Positions 11,127 through 22,332 of a stretch of 64,000 nt of DNA are shown here, one piece after another; position 1 is the first letter of the stretch; every line of letters starts with the position of its first letter. The position numbers were made by a program, and so were the translations under genes. The stretch is from Gammaproteobacteria bacterium (GTDB taxonomy: Bacteria; Pseudomonadota; Gammaproteobacteria; Arenicellales; JAANXG01), in NCBI GenBank assembly GCA_034520625.1, contig JAXHNI010000009.1:97494-161493 (forward strand). The letters run 5' to 3'. The notes beneath the pieces are model-generated. The model ran no database searches. It saw only the letters and a program-made list of their open reading frames with translations, and was not told where the DNA came from.

Positions 11127-11795
11127 TTGACATCGATGGATACCGAAACCGCAAGATTCAACATGATCGAGCAGCAGATCAGGCCCTGGGACGTTCTCGA
11201 CCCGCGGATCCTGAACGCCCTGCACGATGTGCACCGTGAAGACTACGTTCCCCCGTCCTACCGCGATCTGGCTTTCGCCGACATGCATATCCCCCTGGAT
11301 CACGGCCAGGTAATGATGCAGCCCAAACAGGAGGCGCGGCTTCTGCAGGCTCTGACGCTGCAGCCCGGGGATCGGGTTCTGGAGATCGGGACCGGTAGCG
11401 GCCACGTGACCGCGCTGCTAGCGCACCTCGCGGGCCGGGTCGAGACCGTGGACATTTTCCCGGACTTCCTCGAGGCCGCGAAGACCAGGCTCTCGGCGAA
11501 CGGCGTGACCAATGTCACGTTTCACGAAGGCGACGGCGCCCGGGGCTGGGACGATACACAAGGACAAGGCTATGACGCGATTTTCCTGACAGGCTCGGTA
11601 ACCGAGCTGCCGGACCGGTACCGGGAACTGCTCGCGGAAGGCGGACGCCTCGCCGCAATCGTGGGCCGGAGCCCGATCATGGAGGCGCTGCTGGTGGAAC
11701 GCCTGGCGGGGGATCAGTACCGGACGGTCTCGTTGTTCGACACCAGCCTGCCGCCGCTGATTCACGGCGAAGCGGAGCCTGCATTCATTTTCTGA
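11127..11795 (+). CDS. protein-L-isoaspartate O-methyltransferase family protein (pcm-like, tolC-linked)
   Basis: 222-aa ORF with the SAM motif VLEIGTGSGHVTALLA. It sits upstream of tolC, a pairing common in gammaproteobacteria. Confidence 0.8.
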   Translation: MTSMDTETARFNMIEQQIRPWDVLDPRILNALHDVHREDYVPPSYRDLAFADMHIPLDHGQVMMQPKQEARLLQALTLQPGDRVLEIGTGSGHVTALLAHLAGRVETVDIFPDFLEAAKTRLSANGVTNVTFHEGDGARGWDDTQGQGYDAIFLTGSVTELPDRYRELLAEGGRLAAIVGRSPIMEALLVERLAGDQYRTVSLFDTSLPPLIHGEAEPAFIF

Positions 11796-11856
11796 ACCCG
11801 GGGGCACACTGCATCGCCGGCGCAATTTCCAATCCAGCGATCACTACGAGTGGATC

Positions 11857-13185
11857 ATGATCAAACCGTTAACAAGGACCGCCATTCCGGCGCTGATGTT
11901 GTTGTGGGGTGCCGAGGCCTCCGCGGAAGACCTCGTCGAGATATACAACGCCGCTGTCAACAACGACCCCGTGTACCAGTCACAGGCGCTGACGCTCAAG
12001 GCCGAGCAGGAAGGACCTGCTTCGACCCGCGCTGACCTCCTGCCGAATGTCCGGCTTTTCGCGGCCCGTGCGCGCAACGATGAACAGGTCACCGGAGCCG
12101 GAGCCACCGGCGGCCAGGGTAGTGCCGCCTACAACTCCAACGAGTACGGGGTGAGCGTCACCCAGACGCTTTACAACAAGGACCGGTTCATCGCCTACGA
12201 GCAGTCCAAGCTGCAGGCGGAGGCCGCAGCTGCACAGTTTCGCCGGGCCCAGCAGGACCTCATTCTCCGGGTGGTGGAACGTTATCTCGGGGTCCTGTCG
12301 GCGCAGGACAACCTCGAGCTTGCCGTCGCTGAGCAGCGCGCGATCCAGCGGCAACTGGAGCTGGCGCGCAGCCGGCTGGAAGTGGGCCTGGGCACCTCCA
12401 CCGATCTCCATGACGCCAGGGCGCGCTTCGAGCTGGCCCAAGCCCAGGAAATCAGGGCCCAGCAGGCGCTGGAGGACGCGTACCAGGCACTCGAAGAATT
12501 GATCGGGCGCCGCGTGGAAAAGCTCAATGGCCTGCGGGAGGACAGCCCCCTCACGCCACCGACACCCACCGACCCCGATACCTGGGTGGAGCGCTCGAAG
12601 GAGAACAACCTTGAATTGATCGCGGCCAGCCTGAACGAGGAAATCAGCAAGCGGGAGGTCACCCGGCAGAAAGCGCGGCGAATGCCCAGCCTCGATCTGG
12701 TGGTCAGCCACAACGTGTCGGACGCAAGCGGAAGCATCCGCGGGGGCGATGTCGACCGGACAGCTACGGCCGCCCGGCTGCAGCTCGAGCTTCCGATTTA
12801 CCAGGGCGGCGGCATATCGGCGGACGGGCGCGCCGCTTCCTATCGATTCCAGGCGGCGGAGCAGCGGACCGAATCGGCCCTGCGCGCCGCCACCCGCAAC
12901 GCGAGCTCGGCCTACCTGGAAGTCGCCACATCCGTGCGCGAGGCCAACGCCCTGGACCAGGCGGTGCTGGCGAGTGAAAAAGCCCTGGAAAGCCGAAAGG
13001 AAGGATTCGAAGCGGGACTGAATACCAATCTCGACGTGCTGGATGCCCAGCGGGATCTTTTCCAGGCCAGACGTGACTACCTGAACGCACGCTACCGCTA
13101 CATCACCAACAACCTCGAGCTCTTCAGCGTCGCCGGAGAGTTGGACGTCGAAGACGTCGAAACCGTCAACGACTGGCTGGAATGA
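11857..13185 (+). CDS. tolC: TolC-family outer membrane efflux channel
   Basis: 442-aa ORF with a signal peptide and two OEP repeats, starting with the typical LVEIYNAAVNNDPVYQSQ. Confidence 0.9.
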   Translation: MIKPLTRTAIPALMLLWGAEASAEDLVEIYNAAVNNDPVYQSQALTLKAEQEGPASTRADLLPNVRLFAARARNDEQVTGAGATGGQGSAAYNSNEYGVSVTQTLYNKDRFIAYEQSKLQAEAAAAQFRRAQQDLILRVVERYLGVLSAQDNLELAVAEQRAIQRQLELARSRLEVGLGTSTDLHDARARFELAQAQEIRAQQALEDAYQALEELIGRRVEKLNGLREDSPLTPPTPTDPDTWVERSKENNLELIAASLNEEISKREVTRQKARRMPSLDLVVSHNVSDASGSIRGGDVDRTATAARLQLELPIYQGGGISADGRAASYRFQAAEQRTESALRAATRNASSAYLEVATSVREANALDQAVLASEKALESRKEGFEAGLNTNLDVLDAQRDLFQARRDYLNARYRYITNNLELFSVAGELDVEDVETVNDWLE

Positions 13186-13634
13186 CGAACCGTACCAGCA
13201 CGGACAGCCCGGAACAGGCCGAGGCGGTGTTCTACGATGCCTTCGAGAGCGGCGACCTGGATGCCATGGCGGAAATCTGGGCGCAGTCCGACGCCATCGT
13301 GTGCGTGCACCCGCACGGCCCGCAGCTCGTGGGGTACGACAGGGTCATGCAGAGCTGGCAGAACATCCTTGACCACGACACAGCCTTCCGCGTTTCAGTA
13401 GAGCTCGTCAATCAATACGACAACGGGGACGTGGCCGTCAGGTTCGTCAACGAGACCCTCATCAACGAGAACAGCAGCGCAGCACCGGTTACCGTGCTCG
13501 CCACCAACGCCTATCGGAGAACGGAATCGGGGTGGCGCATCGTTCTCCACCATGCGTCTCCGGCCCCGCAGCCGAAAGGTTCAACCGTGGAGGATGACAC
13601 TGATATCCCGGAAACGAGCGTCACCCTGCACTAG
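13182..13634 (+). CDS. NTF2/SnoaL-like (DUF4440-type) small protein
   Basis: 150-aa ORF with an ATGA overlap with the tolC stop. The pattern AVFYDAFESGDLDAM...W...V.CVHP...GWRIVLHH is typical of the NTF2-like fold. Confidence 0.6.
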   Translation: MTNRTSTDSPEQAEAVFYDAFESGDLDAMAEIWAQSDAIVCVHPHGPQLVGYDRVMQSWQNILDHDTAFRVSVELVNQYDNGDVAVRFVNETLINENSSAAPVTVLATNAYRRTESGWRIVLHHASPAPQPKGSTVEDDTDIPETSVTLH

Positions 13635-13682
13635 TGCCCTGTCCCGCGGTAATTGGTCCGGTTTAACGACCTCCCACCGATC

Positions 13683-13835
13683 GGACCGGTGCCGGCGACG
13701 GCCCCCCAGGGCCGCTGTGAGGAGCGGCACAGGGAAGTGGCGTTTGCGGACCGAAGGATGGAATACATCCGTGTACGCTCTCGCTCAAACGTCCCTGTTT
13801 TCGAGAGCCCTGGGGGACCGTCCCCGGCACCGGTC
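13683..13835 (-). repeat. hairpin-ended intergenic element, copy B (long form, reverse orientation)
   Basis: 153 bp between convergent genes. The terminal arms are gaccggtgccgg.gacgg.cccccaggg / ccctgggggaccgtccccggcaccggtc, and the interior is collinear with copies D and E. Confidence 0.9.
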
Positions 13836-13910
13836 TTTGCCTTGTCACAAGCTTTCGAACCAGGCGGGCCGCGGGAGCACTCCCGCCGCAGATCCAAAGC
13901 CCCGCCTCGA

Positions 13911-15179
13911 TCAGTGGGCGACGCCCAGCTTTTCCAGCACGGCCAGGGTTTTCGCCAGCGCGCCCCGGTTCTCCCGCACCATCTCCCGCCCCCTTTCCCC
14001 GGCCGCGAACCGCAGGTTGGCATCGCTCAGGTAGCGGTCCACCACCCGGATCAGCTCCGGCACATCGGAGACCTGGACGCCGGCTCCCCGCTCGACGGCC
14101 ATTTCGCTGATCTGAAGGAAGTTGCGCATATGGGGACCGAACAGCACCGGCAGGCCCAGAGCGCAGGGCTCCAGAATGTTGTGCCCGCCGGAGCGCACCA
14201 AGCTGCCGCCCACGAACGCGATATCGGAAGCCGCGTACATCAGGCTGAGCTCGCCCATGGTGTCACCAAGATACACGCGCGTGGCGGGATCAACGGGTCC
14301 GGCGCCGTCGCTGCGGCGCACGAAACGCAGGTTGCGGCGCCGGCAGAGCTTGGCCACCGCCGGGAAGCGCTCCGGATGCCGCGGCACCAGCACCAGCAGG
14401 AGGTCCGGATGCGCGTCGCAGAGCCGTTCAAAGGCATCGAGTATCTGTTCATCCTCTTCCTCGTGGGTGCTGCCCGCGATCCAGACGGGCCGCGCCTGTC
14501 CCCACTCCCGGCGCAGAACCTGTGCGACCTCGCTCAGGCTGGCCGGCAGTTCTACCTCGAACTTGATGCTCCCGGTGACATGCACCGTCTCCGGATTGGC
14601 CCCCAACCCGAGAAGGCGCCGGGCATCCGGCTCCGCCTGGACCGCGAACAGATCCACCTGGCGCAGCACTGAGGCCATGAACCGGCCAACGCGCTGGTAG
14701 CGCTGATACGACTGCTGGGACAGGCGCAGGTTGGCGAATGCCACCTTGATGCCGCGCTCGTGGCACTGGCCGAGAGTGTTGGGCCAGATCTCGGTCTCCA
14801 GGGCTACCAGGCAGCGCGGCCGGGCCCGGTCCAGGAAGCGGCCCACGGCGCCGGGGTAATCGTAGGGTGCGTAGCAGTGCTGTACGCCCTCGGGGAACAG
14901 GCGCCGCAACTGGCTCGAGCCGGTCGGCGTCATGGTCGTAACCAGGACATTTGCGGGCAACAGGGCCTCCACCAGCGGTGCCGCGGCCTGGACCTCGCCC
15001 ACGGAGACCGCATGGAACCAGATGACGTCCGGCCGCACGTCGACCCGGCCGAAGCGTTCCCCCCAACGGGACCAATACGCCGGGTTGCGAAGCCCTCGCA
15101 ACGCGAGCCGCGCCAGAATCAGTGGGAGCACCAGGTACAGCAAAGTTGTATACACCCAGCGGTTCATGGGCGGCCGCAT
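13911..15179 (-). CDS. waaA: 3-deoxy-D-manno-octulosonic acid (Kdo) transferase
   Basis: The N-terminus MNRWVYTTLLYLVLPLILARLALRGLRNPAYWSRWGERFG matches WaaA. The start is ATG 15179 or 15167. The 590-aa track ORF is an artefactual upstream extension running through hemF. Confidence 0.9.
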   Translation of the reverse strand: MRPPMNRWVYTTLLYLVLPLILARLALRGLRNPAYWSRWGERFGRVDVRPDVIWFHAVSVGEVQAAAPLVEALLPANVLVTTMTPTGSSQLRRLFPEGVQHCYAPYDYPGAVGRFLDRARPRCLVALETEIWPNTLGQCHERGIKVAFANLRLSQQSYQRYQRVGRFMASVLRQVDLFAVQAEPDARRLLGLGANPETVHVTGSIKFEVELPASLSEVAQVLRREWGQARPVWIAGSTHEEEDEQILDAFERLCDAHPDLLLVLVPRHPERFPAVAKLCRRRNLRFVRRSDGAGPVDPATRVYLGDTMGELSLMYAASDIAFVGGSLVRSGGHNILEPCALGLPVLFGPHMRNFLQISEMAVERGAGVQVSDVPELIRVVDRYLSDANLRFAAGERGREMVRENRGALAKTLAVLEKLGVAH

Positions 15180-15183
15180 CCCA

Positions 15184-16104
15184 TCAACCTTCTCCCAGCC
15201 AGTCGCGGGCGGCCAGGAAGTGCTCCACCAGCTCCGCCTCCGGCGATCCCGGCGCCGGGACGTGGTTGTAGCGCCAAGCGGCCAGCGGGGGCATGGACAT
15301 GAGAATGGACTCCACGCGGCCGCCGGACTGCAGGCCGAACAGGGTGCCCCGGTCGTACACGAGATTGAACTCCACGTAGCGGCCTCGCCGATAGAGCTGC
15401 CACTGTCGCTCGCGTTCGCAAAAGGCGGTGTCGCGCCGTGCCGAGATGATCGGCAGGTAGGCCGGCAGGTAATGATCCCCCACCGAGCGCATGAACGCGA
15501 AACACTGCTCGAAATCCCACTCGTTGAGATCATCGAAAAACAGGCCACCCACACCGCGGGTTTCATCACGGTGGGGAATGAAGAAATACTCGTCGCACCA
15601 CTGCTTGAAGCGCGGATACACGTCACCGCCGAATGCCTCGCAGGCCTGCCTCGCAGTGTGGTGCCAATGGACGACATCCTCACGGACGGGATAGTAGGGC
15701 GTCAGGTCGAACCCCCCGCCGAACCACCAGACGGGCGAACCGGATCCCAGCCCCGCGACGATGAATCGCACGTTCATGTGGGAGGTGGGGATGTGGGGAT
15801 TCAATGGATGCGCCACCAGGGAAACACCGGTGGCGTGATAATCCCGGCCCGCCAGAGATGGCCGGCTCGCGGTGGCGGACGCGGGAAGCGCCGCGCCGCT
15901 GACATGCGAGAAGTTCACGCCCACTCGCTCGAACAAGCCGGATTCGCTCCCCATCACCCGCGATCGACCACCGCCGCCCTGGCTGTACTCCCAGCTGTCC
16001 TCGTGGAACGTATTGCCGCCGTCGGCGCCTTGGAGCGCCTCGCAGATCCGGTCCTGCAGGGTCCGGAGGTAATCAATAACGGATTGCAGATCGTCCTGGT
16101 TCAA
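15184..16104 (-). CDS. hemF: oxygen-dependent coproporphyrinogen III oxidase
   Basis: 306-aa ORF with diagnostic HemF blocks (GVNFSHV, HPxNPxxPTxHMNVRF, [22 protein letters not shown]). Confidence 0.95.
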   Translation of the reverse strand: MNQDDLQSVIDYLRTLQDRICEALQGADGGNTFHEDSWEYSQGGGGRSRVMGSESGLFERVGVNFSHVSGAALPASATASRPSLAGRDYHATGVSLVAHPLNPHIPTSHMNVRFIVAGLGSGSPVWWFGGGFDLTPYYPVREDVVHWHHTARQACEAFGGDVYPRFKQWCDEYFFIPHRDETRGVGGLFFDDLNEWDFEQCFAFMRSVGDHYLPAYLPIISARRDTAFCERERQWQLYRRGRYVEFNLVYDRGTLFGLQSGGRVESILMSMPPLAAWRYNHVPAPGSPEAELVEHFLAARDWLGEG

Positions 16105-16441
16105 TACCCGGTCTCATGGGTTGCGGCCGTATATCTCCCTGAACGAAGGGAAGGCGGCCCTGGATTGAAAGGCGCTTCGAAATATCGTGATATTTTTGTG
16201 AGAACAAGGAAGCACCGCGGGCTCAACCGCAGTTTACATGAAGTCAATGAGGATTCGAGCACGGCGCGGACGCAGCTATCGCGGCCATTGTGTATTATTT
16301 ACTAGGGCGCATTTATAGACGTCCCCTGGACTCAGGATACATGTTTGCGCCGAGGGTTTGCGGCCGTTGAACGCAACGTCTTCGCTTTTCGTTATGCATC
16401 ACGCCGAAGATCCGCGGTTTCCCGGCAGCCTCACACGACAT

Positions 16442-17008
16442 TCACCCGGGCCTCAGCGTTTCCCCCGTCCGTGCGTCCCGGATGGAAGTGGGTCCCTTCA
16501 AGCCACCGAGCGGACCCTGCAGTACGCAGTCGACCCGGCCGGCAAACATCGCGCTGACCTGGGCGGCGGTAACGGCGGGCGGCCTGCCGTGCCGGTTGGC
16601 GCTGGTGGACACGATGGCGGAGTTGAATCGCCGGCACAACGCCGCGGCCAGGGGATGCGCGGTGACGCGTACAGCGATAGTGTCGTGGTCGCCGCGAAGC
16701 CAGGCGGAGACACCGGACCGGACCGGCAGCAGCCAGGTGCTCGGACCCGGCCAGGTTTCCCGGGCGCGTGCCACCGCCGCCGCGTCGGACGGGTCCACCC
16801 AGCGGGCGACATGGCCCCAGTGGGCGCCGATCAGGATCAGGCCCTGCCGCCAGCTGCGGCCCTTCAGGTGAAGCACCCGCTGCACCGCGCGCGTGTTCCG
16901 GGGATCACAACCGAGCCCGTAGCAGCCTTCCGTCGGGTACGCCACCACGCCGCCGCGGCGCAATGCCGCCGCCGCGTCCCGCAATCCTTCCCGGCCCCGG
17001 GTCTGCAA
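16442..17008 (-). CDS. tsaC: L-threonylcarbamoyladenylate synthase type 1
   Basis: 188-aa ORF of the YrdC/Sua5 fold (VVAYPTEGCYGLGCDP...LKGR...GPSTWLLP...VRVTAHP...STSANRHG). Confidence 0.85.
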   Translation of the reverse strand: MQTRGREGLRDAAAALRRGGVVAYPTEGCYGLGCDPRNTRAVQRVLHLKGRSWRQGLILIGAHWGHVARWVDPSDAAAVARARETWPGPSTWLLPVRSGVSAWLRGDHDTIAVRVTAHPLAAALCRRFNSAIVSTSANRHGRPPAVTAAQVSAMFAGRVDCVLQGPLGGLKGPTSIRDARTGETLRPG

Positions 17009-17019
17009 AGCCCTGCCCG

Positions 17020-17526
17020 TCAGCGCCGCAGCTTTTCCTTCAGGGCCTGGTCCTTGGCCAGCACGGCTTCGGCGTTCTCCCGTCGCTCATCGCGCAACCT
17101 CGTTGCTACACCCGCGTCGGACAGCGCAAGCATCTGCGCGGCGAGATAGGCGGCGTTCTTCGCGCCGGCCCGGCCGATGGCGACACAGGCCACGGGGATG
17201 CCCCCCGGCATTTGGACCGTCGACAACAGCGCGTCGTGGCCGTTGAGCGGGCCGGCATCCATGGGCACGCCGATGACCGGCTTGAGGGTCAGTCCCGCCA
17301 CCGTCCCGGCGAGATGCGCGGCCAGGCCCGCCGCCGCGACGAACACTGCGCAGCCACGCTCATCGGCATCGTGCACGTAGGCGTGGGTGGCTTCCGGCGT
17401 GCGATGGGCCGAGGTGATCTTGACTTCCCAGCGAACGCCCAGCTTGTCCAGGGTGTCCAGGGTGCTTTGCATGGTGTCGAGGTCGGAGTCCGACCCCATC
17501 AGAACGGCAACAAATTCTTCAGACAT
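17020..17526 (-). CDS. purE: 5-(carboxyamino)imidazole ribonucleotide mutase
   Basis: 168-aa ORF with [11 protein letters not shown]...SAHRTP...[11 protein letters not shown]...PVIGVP. Confidence 0.95.
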   Translation of the reverse strand: MSEEFVAVLMGSDSDLDTMQSTLDTLDKLGVRWEVKITSAHRTPEATHAYVHDADERGCAVFVAAAGLAAHLAGTVAGLTLKPVIGVPMDAGPLNGHDALLSTVQMPGGIPVACVAIGRAGAKNAAYLAAQMLALSDAGVATRLRDERRENAEAVLAKDQALKEKLRR

Positions 17527-17725
17527 GACTGTTTGTATTCCTCAAAATATTGACCGGTATTGAGCGCCCATGGGCCGGAGCGCTCCCACAGGCCGATCCC
17601 GGTCAGAGCATCGGCGTCGGGAAACGAGGCCAGTGCCCGGGGCTGGCCTCTCCGCTCACGCGGTCCTGCAAACCGAACCTATGCCCATGAATGGTTGAAT
17701 GGTGCATCATTTGTGGCCGGGTACA

Positions 17726-19033
17726 CTAGCGGGGATTGTCGCCGGCGGGCCACCGCTCGCGATCGACAGCCCGCGACCCGATATCTCGACGATAGAACGC
17801 ATCCGTCCAGTGTATGGCGTCCACCGCCCGGTAGGCGCGTGCCCGGGCCTCCTTTACGGTGCCGCCCAACGCGGTGACGCACAGTACGCGCCCCCCGTCC
17901 GTCGCGATTTCGCCGCCCTGCTGACGCGTACCGGCATGAAACACTTTCACGTCCCGGGACTCCGCGGCGTCCAGCCCCCGGATGGCATGGCCTTTGTCGT
18001 ACTCACCGGGATAACCGCCCGCGGCCATCACCACGCCGATCGCCGCTTCCGGGCGCCATTGAACGTCCGCGGCATCCAGGCGGCCGTCCACCGCGGCCTC
18101 GCACAACGCAAGCAGGTCGGACTCCAGCCTCATGATGATGGGCTGGGTTTCCGGATCGCCGCAACGGCAATTGTACTCCAGCACCTTCGGCGTGCCATCG
18201 TCGGTGATCATCAGGCCGGCATACAGAAAGCCCAGGTAGTACATGCCTTCGGCCTGCAGGCCGCGAACCGTGGGCTCGATCACTTCCTTCATGATGCGCC
18301 CGTGCATGGACGCATCCACGACCGGGGACGGCGAGTAAGCGCCCATGCCTCCGGTATTGGGGCCGCGGTCGCCGTCGTCCCGGGCCTTGTGGTCCTGGGA
18401 GCTCGCCAGCGGCAGGACCTGCCGCCCCGCCACCATGCAGATGAAGCTCACTTCCTCCCCGGTCAGGCATTCCTCAATGACCACGCGCCGACCGGCGTCG
18501 CCGAAACGGCTCTCCGCCAGGCAGTCTCGGACCGCGTCCAGCGCTTCCCCGCGCGTCTGCGCCACCGTCACACCCTTCCCCGCCGCCAGCCCGTCCGCCT
18601 TGATGACGATTGGCATGGCGATGGAACGAAGATAATCCTCCGCGTCCAGCAGCGACTCGAAGCTCCGGTACCCGGCGGTGGGAATGCCGTGGCGCTCCAG
18701 GAACGCTTTCGCGTAGGCCTTGGAGCCCTCGAGGCGGGCGGCCGCCTGGTTCGGGCCGAAGCAGGGCAGGCCGTACCCGGCGAAACTGTCGGCGATCCCA
18801 CCCACCAGCGGCGCCTCCGGGCCCACGATGGTCAGTCCGATCGCCTCGCGGCGGGCGAACGCCACCAGGCCCGGCACATCCGTCGCATCGATATCGATGT
18901 TCTCGACTTTCGGCTCACCGGCGGTGCCGGCATTGCCGGGGGCGACATATACGCGTTCCGCCCGTGGGGACTGCGCCAGCTTCCAGGCCAGGGCGTGCTC
19001 CCTGCCGCCGCCGCCGATTACCAGGACATTCAT
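17726..19033 (-). CDS. purD: phosphoribosylamine-glycine ligase
   Basis: 435-aa ORF beginning MNVLVIGGGGREHALAWKL, with ATP-grasp blocks throughout. Confidence 0.96.
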   Translation of the reverse strand: MNVLVIGGGGREHALAWKLAQSPRAERVYVAPGNAGTAGEPKVENIDIDATDVPGLVAFARREAIGLTIVGPEAPLVGGIADSFAGYGLPCFGPNQAAARLEGSKAYAKAFLERHGIPTAGYRSFESLLDAEDYLRSIAMPIVIKADGLAAGKGVTVAQTRGEALDAVRDCLAESRFGDAGRRVVIEECLTGEEVSFICMVAGRQVLPLASSQDHKARDDGDRGPNTGGMGAYSPSPVVDASMHGRIMKEVIEPTVRGLQAEGMYYLGFLYAGLMITDDGTPKVLEYNCRCGDPETQPIIMRLESDLLALCEAAVDGRLDAADVQWRPEAAIGVVMAAGGYPGEYDKGHAIRGLDAAESRDVKVFHAGTRQQGGEIATDGGRVLCVTALGGTVKEARARAYRAVDAIHWTDAFYRRDIGSRAVDRERWPAGDNPR

Positions 19034-19060
19034 GATTTCAAGTACTCCGGCTCCTTGAAA

Positions 19061-20623
19061 TCAATGCCTGAAATGACGCACGCCGGTGAAGACCATGGCA
19101 ATACCGTGCTCGTCACAGGCCCGGATGACTTCGTCATCGCGCAGGGAGCCGCCGGGCTGGATCACGGCCCGGATTCCTTCTTCGGCCGCGGTGTCGATGG
19201 CGTCGCGAAAGGGGAAAAAAGCATCCGAGGCCATGGCCGAGCCGGCAATCTCCAGGCCCGCATGCCCGGCCTTGATGCCGGCGATGCGCGCGGAATTAAC
19301 GCGGCTCATCTGGCCGGCCCCGACCCCTATGGTCATTTCGTCCCGTGCATACACGATGGCGTTGGACTTGACGAACTTGGCTACCTTCCAGGCGAACACC
19401 AGATCACGCATCATCCTGTCATCCGGCTCGCTTTCCGTGACGGTTCTCAACTCCTCCCACAACGCCAGGTCGGCATCCTGCACCAGCAGGCCGCCGTGGA
19501 CGCGCTTGTAGTCGAGCCACGCCGACGCTTCCGGGCCCTGGAAACCACCGGTCAGCAGGCGCACGTTCTTCTTTTCGGCAACGATGTCCGTGACGCCGGG
19601 CTCGACCTCCGGCGCGATAACCACCTCCACGAACTGGCGATCGACGATACAACGGGCGGCCGCGGCGTCCAGTGGCCGGCTGAAAGCGATGATGCCGCCG
19701 AATGCGGACTCGGGATCGGTTTCGAAGGCACGCTCATAGGCTTCCGACAGGGAGCCGGCAATCGCCACGCCGCAGGGGTTGGCGTGCTTGACGATGACAC
19801 AGGCGTGCTGATCCCCGAACTGCCTGACGCATTGCAGAGCGGCGTCCGTGTCGGCGATATTGTTGTAGGACAGCGCCTTTCCGGACAACTGGCGGGCGTT
19901 CGCGACGCCCGCGCCGTTCGCCCCGCCGTCGCGATAGAACGCGGCTTGCTGGTGCGGATTCTCGCCGTAGCGCAGGTGCTGGATGCGCTGGTACTGGCGG
20001 TTGAACGTCGCAGGAAAATGATCCTCCGGTCCCCGGCCGGTGCCGAGGTAATCGGCGATGGCGTCGTCGTAGCGGGCGGTGTACTCGAACGCCTTGCGTG
20101 CCAGATGCAGGCGCGTGTCCAGGCTGATTTCCTCGGCGCGCTCGAACTCGTCGCAAACCTTGTCGTAATCGTCCGGGTCCACCACCACTGCCACGGAAAC
20201 GTGATTCTTGGCGGCGGCTCGGATCATCGTCGGGCCGCCGATATCGATGTTTTCGATGGCATCGTCGAAAGTGCTGTCGGGACGCGCGACGGTTTCCGAG
20301 AAAGGATAGAGATTCACCGCCACGAGATCGATGGGCTCGAATCCGTGCTGCTTCATTTCAGCGTCGTCGATGCCGCGGCGCCCCAGGATCCCGCCGTGCA
20401 CTTTCGGATGCAGAGTCTTGACGCGTCCCGCCATGGCCTCCGGCGAGCCGGTGAACTCCGACACCTCGACGACCGGGATGCCCTGCTCCCGAAGCAGGGC
20501 GGCGGTGCCGCCGGTGGACAGAATCTCCGCGCCGGCGCGGTGCAGGCGGCGCGCCAACCCGGCCACGCCCGTCTTGTCGGAAACGCTGATGAGCGCCCGC
20601 CGGATGACTGGCTTATTGGTCAT
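19061..20623 (-). CDS. purH: bifunctional AICAR formyltransferase / IMP cyclohydrolase
   Basis: 520-aa ORF with [11 protein letters not shown]...TGGTA...[12 protein letters not shown]...[11 protein letters not shown]. Confidence 0.97.
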   Translation of the reverse strand: MTNKPVIRRALISVSDKTGVAGLARRLHRAGAEILSTGGTAALLREQGIPVVEVSEFTGSPEAMAGRVKTLHPKVHGGILGRRGIDDAEMKQHGFEPIDLVAVNLYPFSETVARPDSTFDDAIENIDIGGPTMIRAAAKNHVSVAVVVDPDDYDKVCDEFERAEEISLDTRLHLARKAFEYTARYDDAIADYLGTGRGPEDHFPATFNRQYQRIQHLRYGENPHQQAAFYRDGGANGAGVANARQLSGKALSYNNIADTDAALQCVRQFGDQHACVIVKHANPCGVAIAGSLSEAYERAFETDPESAFGGIIAFSRPLDAAAARCIVDRQFVEVVIAPEVEPGVTDIVAEKKNVRLLTGGFQGPEASAWLDYKRVHGGLLVQDADLALWEELRTVTESEPDDRMMRDLVFAWKVAKFVKSNAIVYARDEMTIGVGAGQMSRVNSARIAGIKAGHAGLEIAGSAMASDAFFPFRDAIDTAAEEGIRAVIQPGGSLRDDEVIRACDEHGIAMVFTGVRHFRH

Positions 20624-20639
20624 GCAACACGGCCCGAAA

Positions 20640-20882
20640 CTACTCCAGGTTGTAAAATCTGAGTTTCTTGCGCAGCGTGTTCCGGTTGATACCCAGCATC
20701 CTCGCGGCCCGCGTCTGATTGCTTTCCGCCCGCTCCATCACCAGCTCCAGCAACGGCTTCTCGACTTCCGACATCACCATGCCGTGCAGGTTGACCGGTT
20801 CCTCGCCGTTGAGATCCCTGAAATATCGCTTCAACGAACCACGGACGCTTTGACACAGCGGTATGTGCGTCTTCTGTTTCAT
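20640..20882 (-). CDS. fis: Fis-family nucleoid-associated DNA-binding protein
   Basis: 80-aa product ending ...[26 protein letters not shown]. It has an ATGA overlap with the dusB stop, matching the classic dusB-fis operon. Confidence 0.9.
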   Translation of the reverse strand: MKQKTHIPLCQSVRGSLKRYFRDLNGEEPVNLHGMVMSEVEKPLLELVMERAESNQTRAARMLGINRNTLRKKLRFYNLE

Positions 20883-21859
20883 GCAGCCTGCGGCATCGGC
20901 ATCCGGTTGTTCAGAAACTCGTTGAGGACTCGTATCTGATCTCTGGCCCTTTCCAGCCGGTTTATTGAGTTCCAAAAAATGCTCCCCCCTTCGATCGTTT
21001 TTGTATACCAGCAGATGTGTTTCCTGGCGATGCGCACACCCATCTGCTCTCCGTAGAACGCATGGAGCGCATCCACATGCTCCATCATCGCCTCTGCTTG
21101 CACCCGCCGCTCCGGCTCCCGTACGGCTCTTCCTTCGAGATGGTCGCTGATCTGGCCGAACAACCACGGCCTCCCCTGGGCGGCACGCCCCACCATCACG
21201 GCGTCGGCACCCGTGTACGCCAGCACCCTGGCCGCCTTGTCCGGCGAGTCGATGTCGCCGTTGGCGACCACGGGGATGTTGACGCTTTGCTTGATCCGGC
21301 GGATGGTGTCGTACTCCGCCCGGCCCCGGTACATGCAGGCACGGGTCCGGCCATGCACGGTTATCGCCCGTATGCCCGAGGCCTCGGCGATGCGGGCGAT
21401 CCGCACACCGTTGCGGTTTGCGGGGTCCGTGCCGGTACGGACCTTCACGGTCACGGGCACCGCCGCGGCGGCCACCACCGCCTCGAGGATGCGCCGGACC
21501 CGGTCCTCGTCCGCCAGCAGCGCGGAGCCCGCCAGCTTGTTGTACACCTTCTTGGCCGGGCAGCCCATGTTGATGTCGATGATGTCCGCGCCGAGGTCAA
21601 CGTTGTAGCGGGCCGCATCCGCGAGCATTGCCGGCTCCGTCCCCAGCAGCTGCGCCACCACCGGTGCCTGCTCGCCCTCGTGACTGCTGCGCATGCGGGA
21701 CTTGGCGCCGTGGCGTAATTCGGGATCGGCGTGCACCATCTCGGAAACCGCGAGTGCGGCGCCGAACCGCCTGCACAGCTTCCGGTAAGGAAGATCCGTC
21801 ACCCCCGCCATTGGCGCAGCGATGACAATCCCCGTCAATTGATGGTCGCCAATCTTCAT
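20879..21859 (-). CDS. dusB: tRNA-dihydrouridine synthase B
   Basis: The start is at MKIGDHQLTG...APMAGVTD...DINMGCPAKKV...VHGRTR. The track ORF extends 50 codons further upstream without support. Confidence 0.92.
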   Translation of the reverse strand: MKIGDHQLTGIVIAAPMAGVTDLPYRKLCRRFGAALAVSEMVHADPELRHGAKSRMRSSHEGEQAPVVAQLLGTEPAMLADAARYNVDLGADIIDINMGCPAKKVYNKLAGSALLADEDRVRRILEAVVAAAAVPVTVKVRTGTDPANRNGVRIARIAEASGIRAITVHGRTRACMYRGRAEYDTIRRIKQSVNIPVVANGDIDSPDKAARVLAYTGADAVMVGRAAQGRPWLFGQISDHLEGRAVREPERRVQAEAMMEHVDALHAFYGEQMGVRIARKHICWYTKTIEGGSIFWNSINRLERARDQIRVLNEFLNNRMPMPQAA

Positions 21860-22332
21860 TGCAAAGAAACGAATCGTTGTGTGCAGGAGCGGACGTCTGC
21901 TCCCGGGGACCGATGATGATACTGCCTTCACCGGAATGAAGAAAGCTCGGCCTGTTTCAGGAAGGAAAATTCCCGACGGACTGGGCCATCCGCCGATCGC
22001 GTTCAGCATCAGTCTTTATGCAAGGAGGCTTACGGCGACCAATTGATAATCGTCTTTAACAAGGATGTACATCTGGCTGTTTTTCAGGGTGATGACGCGA
22101 AGCCGTCGACGCGTGACGGCAACAGTGCCTTTTGTGGCCAGGCGACACACCGGCAACACGGGTGCCCGGTTGGATATGGCCTACCCACGGGCCATCGCAA
22201 CAACGATGAAATGCGGGAAATCATTCACGGCGGAGCATTCCCACCAACAACGACCCGGAAACGCTTATGAGCGTTTCGGTATCAGCGTTGTGGAGCGCTA
22301 CCGCTGAGCTGGCACGGGGCAACGGTCCCCAC

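Noticed and set aside
13663-13848. Short ORFs that translate the repeat elements (also 24046-24315, 37676-37858, 44352-44634, 57303-57509), giving recurring peptides such as PGLSKTGMFEPERT.MYSILRSA
   Set aside because: The recurrence is explained by the DNA repeat itself. The frames differ in length and boundaries between copies and occur on both strands. They have no start or Shine-Dalgarno context.
13911-15683. 590-aa version of the waaA ORF, plus similar long N-terminal extensions of 20879-22009, 26581-27660, 35076-36026, 46259-49723, 52236-54764, 54104-55462, 59825-61237, 60978-62723 and 61626-63098
   Set aside because: The extensions run through neighbouring genes or spacers in other frames. 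Homology to the known protein families starts at the internal start codons given in the feature list.
17527-17725. Possible ZTP (pfl) riboswitch upstream of purE
   Set aside because: The conserved GGGUCGUGAC…CCGCCUGGGC elements are absent. Only generic GC hairpins are present (GAGGCCAG…CTGGCCTC, GAGCGC…GCGCTC).
17699-20662. 987-aa ORF on the plus strand
   Set aside because: It lies antisense to unmistakable purD and purH. The translation is Arg/Gly/Ala/Pro-rich low complexity, typical of shadow ORFs in GC-rich DNA.
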